DNA of 64,000 bases from the human T2T-CHM13v2.0 reference genome, Homo sapiens, in NCBI RefSeq assembly GCF_009914755.1, contig NC_060937.1; one strand, written 5' to 3'. Positions 42,093-52,950 of the stretch are shown here, piece after piece (within the stretch, counting starts at the first letter, position 1; each line of letters starts with the position of its first letter). The notes beneath the pieces were generated by a model. That model ran no database searches. It saw only the letters and a list, made by a program, of their open reading frames with translations, and had not been told where the DNA came from. The position numbers were made by a program, and so were the translations under genes.

Positions 42093-43255
42093 TACCCAAA
42101 ACCTTTGTCCCCCACCATTATTTCCCCACTTTCTTTTTCTGACAGCCTTCAGTTCTCTCCTTGTCATCAGCCTTTTTCTTCATGTACCCCAAAACTTTTT
42201 CCCCACCGTCTTTTTGCAAAGCCTTCTCTACTCCCCCATTCACCATACTTTTTCCCCATCCATCTACCCAAAAACTTTTCCCCACGTTTTTCCCCACCAT
42301 CATTTCCCACTCTTCTGGGCAACCTTGTTTTTCTCTCTCCTGCTCTCATCACCCTCTTTTGCTCCTCCATCTACCCAAAAACATTTCCCCCATCTTTTCC
42401 CAAAGCCTTCTCCCGACTCCTGCTTCTCACCACCCTCTTTTCCCCCTCCATCTTCCCAAACACTGTTTTCCCCACGTCTTTCCCCCTCTCCTTGCCACCC
42501 TCTTTCCCTTCTCCATCTATTCAAAAACATTTCCCCACTGTCTTTTTGCAAAGCCTTCTCCCAACTCCTGCTCACCATCCTCTTTTCCTCTCCATCTACC
42601 CACCCAATTTTTCCCATCTTTTTTACAAAGCCTCCCCCCAACCCTGACTTCCCACTCGCCATCTTCTTTCCCCTAACCTGCTTGTCACCCTCTTTTCCCT
42701 GTCCATCTGCCCAAAAACTTTTTCCTCACCATCTTTTCTTTCTCCACGGTCTTTCTTTTCCTGCCCACCATCTTTTTGCAAAACCTTGTCTCCCTCCAGC
42801 TTGCCAACCTCTTTTTTCTTCTCCTGCTTGCCATCCTCTTTTCCCCCTCTATCTACCCAAAAACTTTTCTCCCCACTGTCTTTTCTCCATATCATCTTTT
42901 TGCAAAACCTTCTCTCCCTCCTGCTCACCACCCTCTCTTCCCCCTCCCTCTCAGCACCCTCTCTTCTCCTCCCACTTGCCACCCTCTTTCTTGCCCTCCA
43001 TCTACCCACAATCTTTTTCCCCACTGCCTTTCTTTTCTTCCCACAGTGTTTTTCCCCACCATCTTTGCAAACCTTCTCCCCCTCCTGTTTGTCTCCCTGT
43101 TTTTCCGCCTCCATCTACCCACTTTTTTCCACCATCTTTTCCCCACCATCTTTTTGCAACTCCTTCTTCTGCTCGCCCCGCCATCCACTTTTCCCTTTGG
43201 CACTCACCACCCTCTTTACTCCTCCATCTACCCCAAAACTATTTCCTTCCTCCTA
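42093..43255. repeat. Degenerate CT-rich tandem repeat (~80-bp unit)
   Basis: Recurring CCATCTACCCAAAAAC-TTTTCCCCAC-TCTTTTTGCAAA-CCTTCTC-CTGCTCACCACCCTCTTTTCCC motif, roughly a dozen copies. Confidence 0.85.
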
Positions 43256-43810
43256 CCACTCCAGCTGGCTGCAGTCTCCGTTGCTGCCACCAACCACAGC
43301 GATGTAAGCCACAGTGGCACAGGCTGCAGCATCCAGCGTGTAGCAGGTGGCTTCTCCCTCTGGTCCTCTAAGCTGGGAACAGAGCAGCTGGTCAGGAAGA
43401 CACAGAAGAGCCTTAAATGGGCTGATTTCAGCATCATTTATATACAGATGTTATGCAAATGAGGTTTCTGGACTACATGTTCTGATTGGATGAGAGCAAG
43501 CCTGAGGACAACCAATTAGATCATGAAAATAAAGTCCAATCAGAGTAGGTCTAGAGGTTTACTCTCATCCAATCCAAATTTGGAGACCAGGAACCACATT
43601 CCCATAACCTCAGTATATAAGGTATGCTGAGGAGGCCTCAAGCCATTCCAGGCTCTTCTGTGCCTGTGGGACTACATTCTCTGTGCCGGGCTTAGAGAAC
43701 ACGAAGAGGGAGCCATCTGCCACACTCTGGAGGCTGAAGCCTGCACCAGTGCTGCTCGCCTCACTGTGGTAGGTGGTGGTGATGGAAACTGCAGATCGGC
43801 CAGAGTGGTA
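43250..43810. promoter_or_regulatory. Inverted-repeat bidirectional promoter with BAGE-exon-1-like (probably ACRO1-related) arms
   Basis: Minus arm: CCAAT (43485-89), ATTTGCAT (43453-60), TATATAAA (43437-44). Plus arm: CCAAT (43569-73), TATATAA (43614-20). Both continue GGCTCTTCTGTG..CTCTGT.CC.GCTTAGAG.AC..GGA.GCTG.AGCCTG. Confidence 0.65.
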
Positions 43811-44906
43811 GAAAAGTTGCTGCAGGGTAGGTATGCTCTCTGGGGCAACCGCAGACTGCGGTTGGGTGTGCTGTTAGGGCTGCACTGCCCATGGCTGCAC
43901 TGTGCATGGTAAGGGGGGCTGGTTTGGGGTGCTATCCGGGTTTGCATTGCAGGCGGTGGGGCCAGCTGCGGTATGGCGGTGGGGGGGGTGGTTACACTGC
44001 CAGAGGCTACACTGCCCGAGCCAGGAGGCGGGTTATGTCCGCTATTGTGGACTGCTGGCGGCAGGGTGATGGGTTGGGTTGGGTGAGCTATCCGGGGCTA
44101 GAATACTGGCGGGGGTGGGGGGGGCAGTTTGGGGGCACTGACAGGGGTGTGGGGCATTCATTATCAGGCAGCTCAGGGCTGGCTGGGGGCACTATACGGG
44201 GCCATGGAGGGTAGCAAGTTGGGGGTGCTATCTGGGACTGCACTGCCTGTGCCAGGGAGGGCACGGTTTGAAGCCCTACGATGTGCTGGAATGCCTGTGG
44301 CAGGGATGGGTCGGGGGCCCTATCAGGGGCTGCACTGCTGGTGGCTGTGGGCAGCAGAGGTGGCAGCGAATAGTGGTGGCCTCCAAAGAAGGGGCTGTTC
44401 TCCTCTTCCTGGACTCCAGACTCTAGAGGGCGACAACGTCCTGCTCCTGGTGGAGCTCCGCAGGCGCACAGCATTTCCTCAGGAATCCTGAACACAGCAG
44501 GGCCCCCACACCACCGTGGTTCCCTGGCCTGAGCCCTCTCACTCTGTGTTGTGGAGACCACCTGGGACCCCTGGGCATGGAGTAGCAGATACCATGGGGA
44601 GAGAGGGCCCTGTAGGCTGAGGCATTGGGAACGGGCACTTGGGTGGAGAGGGTTGGCTGGGTCTCAGTTTCTGCTGCTCCCACCCTCCGAGGAAGGTATC
44701 CCCTGTCCCCCGGGGTTCCTGTGGAGTGGGGAGCCGGGCACTGCCATGTCTCCAGTCCCCACCCCAGGCCCCAGTTCCTGGCCGCTTAGACCAAAAGGAG
44801 AGGCTGGACTTTGGAGGGAGGGTGCGAGTGCCTTCACTGAAACTGGCCAGTGGCGGGCATGACAAGGTGAGGCTCTAACTCTACCACCTCCTCCATCCTG
44901 TTCTAG

Positions 44907-45067
44907 GTTTTTCTGGCTTTGCCTGCCCAGCCGCTCCATGCCTGGCTAGAGGAGAAGGAGGAGCCACATGTGGTACACTGGAGGCTGGAGCCTGCAGATG
45001 GCATGGCTCTGCGGCTCACCTTGCTGCAGTTGGTGGTGGTGACAGAGACTGCAGCTTGACTGTAGTG
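44907..45067 (+). pseudogene. BAGE exon-2-like segment (non-coding paralog)
   Basis: Branch CTAAC 44875-79, acceptor ttctag|GTTTTTCTGG, donor GTG|gtaaga; translates VFLALPAQPLHAWLEEKEEPHVVHWRLEPADGMAL versus recalled BAGE [34 protein letters not shown]. Confidence 0.7.
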
Positions 45068-47791
45068 GTAAGAGGATGCCTGTGGCAGCCAGATGATAGG
45101 GGCCTTATAGGGTGGGCCAGTGCATTGAGGGTGACAGCAGAGGTGGTTGTATTGGCATCAGTGCTAGTGGTGGCAGCAGCAGCAAGTCTGGGAAAAGAAA
45201 AGATGAAAAAGAAAAATTCACAACTGCCAGATCTTCTCCTGTCTGGAAGTGTTGTGTGTGCTGCCAGTACAGGACACCCGTGGGCCACTGGAGGGGGAAT
45301 TCAAGACCTTTTCTATGGTGTTTAAAGACAAGGGCGAGTTGTAGGTGGGAACCAAAGTCAAACAAACAGGTGGGGAGGAGAGCTGGGTACTCCCTTTCCC
45401 TGACTCAGCCTTTTATTGATGAAGGCAGGGATGGGATGGGGAGAGCTCACCTGGCAAAGACTCCACACAGGTGTGCAGCACACCCTGATGGGGCCAGAAA
45501 ATGTCACTGTGAGCCCTAGGGGTGAAAGACACAGTGATGGGCTGCTGGGCAACTACCAAGTGTAGAGATCCTGAGTGCCCAGAGAGTTACCAACCACTTC
45601 CCTTCCCTGTGCAGATCAGTGGAGGCAGATACATACACAAAATGGGAAGGGGAAAGAAAACGGCTTTCAGATCTCCCCACCATAGAGACTATAAGATTAT
45701 TCCAGAATGGCCACAATTTTTTCACTGCCCACTCTGGGCCAAACAGTGTCCATACACTACGTCATTCTTATGAGGGTTACTTAGTTCCATTTTATGATGA
45801 GGACATTTAGGCTCAACTTGTCCCAGGTCACATAACTGTTAAGTAATTGTATTTTCCAAGAATGATCCTCTTTCAACCTCACGATGATGCTTCCATGGTT
45901 GGAAAATAAAATTATTCACAAAAGTGAAAGTACTAGGGGCAGCTGCAGGGCTACAGGCCTTTGAAGACATTGCTCAGTCTCTTCAGATAGTTTCTTTCAC
46001 ATGTTCTATACCTTGGTTCCCCAAAACAACTCCTCCATTAAGACTGCTCAAAATTGAAATAACACTGTGGCACAGATGTTTTGCCCATCAAATTCACAAA
46101 GATCAAAAAGGAAGGACTGAATAGGCAGAGTGGGTATGTGTTAAGAAAACATGTTCTCATACACTGTACTACTTGTGGCAATATAAACGGATAAAACTTT
46201 GTAGAGGGAAATATGGCCAAGTGAGTCAAAAGTTTTAAACCTGTTAATATCATTTGGCTCAGAAATTCTACTTGTAGGGATTCATCTTAAGGAAATTTTC
46301 ACAAATGTACACAAAGATTAATTACAAAGATGTTTAGCTTCAATGTTGTTTGGAAACTAACATAACGTGCAATAGAGGCCTGGTGAACTGAGTACTGGGA
46401 CCTTCACACTGCACAGGGGAGCAAGAACCTCTTCTCTTGCCTCTGCTTTGTGGGATTTTCCAAAATCCTCCTGGCTTCTTTTCCCTTCCCTTCCTTCTTC
46501 CCAGAGCAGGGGCCAGCTTTACCTCAGTTGGTAGGTCACACACATTGGGTGGAGATGGTCAAAGGTCCTCTGCTTGGACAAGTTGCTCCCTGTCTTCATT
46601 CCTCTGGCCAAGGCCAGTGTTAGGTGGGGACTGGTGAGCTGTCTGGCCCCACAGGGCTAAGCTTTCCTTTAGGTGGGTTTATCCCACTTCTCAACAGTCT
46701 AACAAAGAACAGATTCCACAAGCCCACTTCGTCTCTTGCTGCAAGCTATGCCTTCCGATTCTGCCTTCATTAGAAATAAGGGTGATATTTTGGTTCTCCA
46801 CCTGCTATTTCTCGATTTGGGTGGGGAAGATGGGTGCTACTTACTGAACTCTCCCAAAGACCTTCAAGAACACTGAGCAGAATACCATCTAGCCATAAAA
46901 ACTGATGTAGAAAAATACTTATGATTGGAGGAAAATCATGGGATTTTAAAGCAAAATAGCAGGTTACAAAACAGCATGTAATAAACAGCTGAAAAAAAAC
47001 AGGGGCATAGCTATGTATTGTGGTTATTTTCATCTTGCTTTAACCTGTTTGATTTCAAGCTTTATTTTATTTGCACGCAAAGCATCCTAACTGCTGTTGG
47101 CAGTCCTTGTGTGCTATGAGACATCCTCACAGTATCCTTCTAAGAAATTCACTGTTTTACTCAAGCTAGTTGAAATTTGCATTCTATCACTGCAGTTAAG
47201 AGAGTAAACAAATAAAATGTTCATGTTTCTAAAAACCCTGAAGAAGACAGATTGACAGAGCTACCTTGTATAGCCAGAGAAAAGCAATTTACCTTCCAAT
47301 TTTCTCAATATGACAGTATTTCATCTATCTCTGAAGATATAAAGACTAAATTAAAAGTGGTAATGTGGACATTAATAAGAAAAGAAAGGGAAATAAGAAT
47401 TATGAGGATTCATATGTGCTAAGTACATTCAGAAATTTACAATTTCCTAACAAAATGGAAATGTTCTATCAGTTGGAAAAGCATGCAGAAACAATTGTAC
47501 TTCCATTCAGACATTACCTTTTGAAGCCTGTCACCCCAGTGAGTGAGGGAAGGAAGTAAACATATCTACCAGAGGCAGGAAAAAAACTTACTTCAAAAGA
47601 TCACTTAGCAAGAACTTCTTAATTATCAACGAAGCTTTGGTGAAGATGCAGCCAGCTGGATATCATACAACAGACACTATATTAGTCACTAGTTAAATAA
47701 AGATGAAAGGATACAAGTCCTGACTTCAATTTGCCCACAGTTTAGTGGGGAGATAAACATGGATAAAGTATAATTATAGGTTTCATTTCGT

Positions 47792-47960
47792 ATGCTGGGT
47801 ACAATGGTGTGTGCCTGTAGTAGTTACAGCTACTCAGGAAGCTGAGGTGGATTTTTGAGCCCAGGAGTTTGAGGCTGCAGTGAGCTATGGTCACACCTAT
47901 GAATAGCCACTGCATTCCAGCCTGGGAAACATAGCAACACTCTATCTCTTAAAAAAATTT
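47792..47960 (+). mobile_element. Alu monomer (FRAM/FLAM)
   Basis: GCCTGTAG..CAGCTACTCAGG..GAGCCCAGGAGTTTGAGGCTGCAGTGAGC. Confidence 0.8.
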
Positions 47961-47962
47961 AA

Positions 47963-48358
47963 AAGAAATTGGATCACGCAGTTATGGAGGCTGGCAAGTC
48001 CAAAATCTGCAGGGTTGGTTGGCAGGCTGAAAACCCAGGGAAAGACAATGCTGTGGTACAGGTCTGAAGGCAGGCATGTGGACACCCAGGAGAAGCTGAT
48101 GGTGCAGATAAAGGCAAGAGGCAGTATTCTCAAGAATCCCCTCTTGCTTGGGAAGGTTGGTCTTGTTCTGTTCAAGCCTTCACATGATTGGACAGGGCCC
48201 ACCTATATTTGGAGGGCATTGTTTTACTCAAAGTCCACTAATTCTAATGTTATTTTCATCTATAAACACCCTCACAGAAACACCAAGAATAAATAATGTT
48301 TGTCCACATATCTGGGCACTGTGGCCCAGTGAAGTTGCTACATACAATTAAGCATCAC
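47963..48358 (-). mobile_element. MLT2 (ERVL) LTR
   Basis: GAAATTGGATCACGCAGTTATGGAGGCTGGCAAGTCCAAAATCTGCAG...ACAATTAAGCATCACA. Confidence 0.8.
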
Positions 48359-48934
48359 AGTGTCTGTCCTAAGAATGTGTGGTGCACCGCCCTGAACATG
48401 GGACTGTGATGCTCCATGATGGTGCAGGGTGTGTAATACATCACTGCGTTACAGACCTATAGACTGTATCGCAGAAAGAGTGAATGTGAACCAGTGTAAC
48501 CTGTGGACCCTGGGTCAGTGTAGGTTCATGGGTTGTAACGTGTACCGCTCTGGTGGATGTATGCACATGTTACACAAGAGTGTGTAATACATACTCTTTC
48601 TACAGACCTCTGGGGTTGGTGCCCTGCAGCATCACACATGGCCTGGTCTGGCCTCCTGTGCTCCTTGGGGGGCAGCTGACCATGAGGTCAGATGAGCATG
48701 ATGTGCCATCCCATTGCTCTTCCCATCACCCTGGCCAGGCTTTGTGAATAATCTGTGTTCCTTGCTTCTATTTCCTCATCATTTGTTCCTTACTTTTTCT
48801 CTTGGCTTCTCGCTCCATTCACCATTCCCTCAGTTCTAAAATTCCCTGGGAGCCCAGTGTCCTCCCTGATGCCTTGCAGTGCTGAGCGCTGTCACCATTC
48901 TACCACTCAGAACCCTTTCCTCTCTCTGCCATGA

Positions 48935-49946
<1,012 letters not shown>

Positions 49947-52470
49947 GATGCTGCAGGGGCTGGGGACACTGAGACCACTCAGACCTGGTGTCTCTGTCAC
50001 TCTTCTGGGCTCTGTCTGTCTCCAGGACCTCCCTCCCCTTCCATGGTATAGAAGGAAAGTGCTGTAAGGTGCAAATTGCACAGGAACTCCTTAAGACATA
50101 CATCATCCACTCAGCAGTTTTAGGTTCGCAGCAAAATGGAGTGGAAGGAACAGAAATTTCCTGTGCACCCCTCCCCGCTGTCTCCGCCATATCGGCATCC
50201 TGCATCCAGAGTGGTAGACTGGTTACAGGCTATGAACCTACACTGATGCGGCACCACCACCCAGAGTCCACAGGTTATGTTGGTTCACATTTACTCTTGC
50301 TGTGGTATGGTCTATAGGTTTGGACAGATGTCCGATAATCCTTTTTACATTTTGGCATCCTTGGGTAGCTCGTCTTGTAGGAATGGACTTGCTTCAAAGT
50401 GGAGGCAGGCAGATCCTTCAGACGGGTATATGGAGCCCTGTTTTCAGTTGCTTTTCTAATTCTCTCTTATCGTTTACCTCAAAATCTTCCTGAGGTCTCG
50501 CTTCCTTTTAAAATCCTTGTCTACTTTGCAGCATCACTCTGACACTCCATTGATTCCTCAGCACCTACTGACTACACGGTTAGGAGTGCAAGGGTAGAAT
50601 TCATGTTTTATTCATCTTTGGGTCTGTAGCACCCAGCAAAGTGCTCAGTAAATGCGCAGTAATTGATTTGACCTCTGAACAAATACACACTGTACTAAGA
50701 ATCTACACACCGAAAGACAAAAACAAGACAAATTTGAGTGCTACAGGTGTCACGCTTGGCATCACACATGTGCCTGTGTATTCCTCTAGGTGGTTACCAG
50801 GAGCTCTGCCACTGCATGTCCACTAGTGACGGGTTCGCTCCACCACCCCAGCTGGGTAGCCGCTGCTCTCACATAAGGGGTCCAATTAAAATTGCCAGGA
50901 ATAAATTCCCCCGGACTTTGACTTCTCAAGAGCTAAGAAGGTTTGCTGAGTATTCTGGCATGATGTTTGGTGATCAAACAACTGCTGGCCAAAAATGATG
51001 AGTATTTCCCCCTCTTGCTGAAGATGTGCTCCATACAATAGTCCATCACATTCATCATTCATCAGTCTGGAAGTGTGCAGCCAATCATATTATCTATCAC
51101 ATGTTGTTCTGGCTTTTTTTTTTTTTCCAATGTCCAGCCTAAACTATAAAGAACTTTGAGAACGCACAGTGAACCATAAGCTTGCCAATAAAGAGTCCTC
51201 TGTGGTATGGAACTGGCTTATTTCATACACAATCTGCAAACAATGAGGGCACTATTGGAAACATACTGTGCTGCACAGAGCATTTACACCGCTTATCTTT
51301 AATCTTCCCCAGCAATCCTTGCTTTGTGCGCATTTATGATCCTTGCTCTCAGAAGTCCACATACTTTTCCCCAACCGTAACAAATTATTTAACTCATCTA
51401 ATGTATGTATGTCCGCGCAGTCTGAAAACAGTAATTGTCCTTGGGAAGAAGTGAGTTTAAGAGCGCTCTAGGGCACTCATCACAACTCCAGCCCTGCCCT
51501 CCATGTGGTAGCAGCTCTTTGGACTGGGGCTAAGTGCTTATTCTTGTGCTTCATTCCTGGTAAGCTCAATTTCTTTACCTTAGGATAACTTTGCTGGAAA
51601 AGGGCTCAGATTCAGCCGACCATTGTGGCCTCTGTGGCTGTCACAGCTTGTCCCTGACATGCTATGATGTTGGGTCCCCTTCTCATCCCCTTGGGATTTC
51701 TTCTGCTGGCCCACAGCCAGAACAACTAGGCCTTTTACTCCACCATCCCTTTGTTTTCTTTTGTTTCATTGGTAAAAATCAATCCTTCTACCATCCATGC
51801 ATAGCAATTTCTAAAAACTGAATTTCAAGAGCAGTATCTGAAGAAACAAACATGATTTGGTCCTTTTAGTAAACAGAATAAATTTTAATAAATCAACTTT
51901 GAAATAGTTGTAAGAGTTAAGAAAAAGCACAAAACTGAGATCATCAGAGCAGCTTGGCCTCAAAGGACAGGCAGCAGGATTCTACAGGGTTTGAGCCTTC
52001 CTAAGTGAAGCTGTTTCCTGCAGGCTCCCTGCTCCAAGCTCCTAGCTAACAGCCCCTTCTCCCACGATTGGCAACAAAGAGCAAAAATAACTTTGTACTT
52101 GATGCTGAGTCAGTGTAAAAAGCCATAAAAAATTCCCTCTAAATGTCAAAATGTTTGCCTCCTTTGAGGCTTCTCTCCTCCTACTGGGTCTGGATAAATT
52201 AGCACTGGGCTTATATTGAGTCACAGATCTGGGCCCTGCCACAGAGAGCTTCCTCCTAGTGTGTGATGCTTTTTCTCCAAACTATTGATACAAAATGCAC
52301 TGGAATAGAAATCAACAGAAACTGGTCAAAGGTGTGGCATACACATTCTCATGTAGATGTAAAGCTGTGCTTAGAATTCCTTTGTGGAGTCTGGTTTGGT
52401 CTTGGTTTTCTTGGTGTTTGATTCATTTTTTTACGTAAATTACAAAAACCCTCCACATTTCTTCATGGAT

Positions 52471-52950
52471 TGTATTAGTCCATGTTCTCCAGAGAAGCAG
52501 AACGAGTTGGATGTATGTTTTGGAAGAGATTATGAGGAACCGGCTCATGTGATGAAGGAGGTTGAGAGGTCCTGTGCTCTGCCATCTGCAAGCTGAAGAC
52601 CTGGAAAGCTGAGGGTGTGGCTCCAGTCTGAGTCTGAAGGCCCAAGAACCAGGGGAACCAACGGTGTAGATTCCAGGTTGAAGGCAGGAGAAGATGGATG
52701 TCCCAGCTCAGCAGGCAGGCAGGAAGCAAATGGGGTAAATTCCTCCTTCCTCCACCTTTTGTTCCATTCAGGCCTTCAACAGATTGGATGAGCGCCCCCC
52801 CACCCCCACACTAGGGAGGGCCATCTGCTTTACTGAGTCGGCTGAGTCAAGTGCCAGCCTCATCCCAAAACACTCTCCAGACACACGCAGAAATGTTTCA
52901 TCTGGGCACCCTGTGGCCAGTCATGCTGACACACAGAACTAACCATGACA
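52471..52950 (-). mobile_element. MLT2 (ERVL) solo LTR
   Basis: TGTATTAGTCCATGTTCTCCAGAGAA...AACTAACCATGACA; perfect 5-bp TSD TGGAT. Confidence 0.85.

Noticed and set aside
42105-43462. Long ORFs (up to 385 aa) rich in P/S/F/L or G/K/E/R
   Set aside because: They arise from the CT-rich low-complexity repeat, which lacks stop codons in several frames on both strands; no domain resemblance
43410-43660. Actual histone H2A/H2B genes flanking the H2B-like promoter
   Set aside because: No histone ORF or 3' stem-loop on either side; only the promoter motif arrangement is similar
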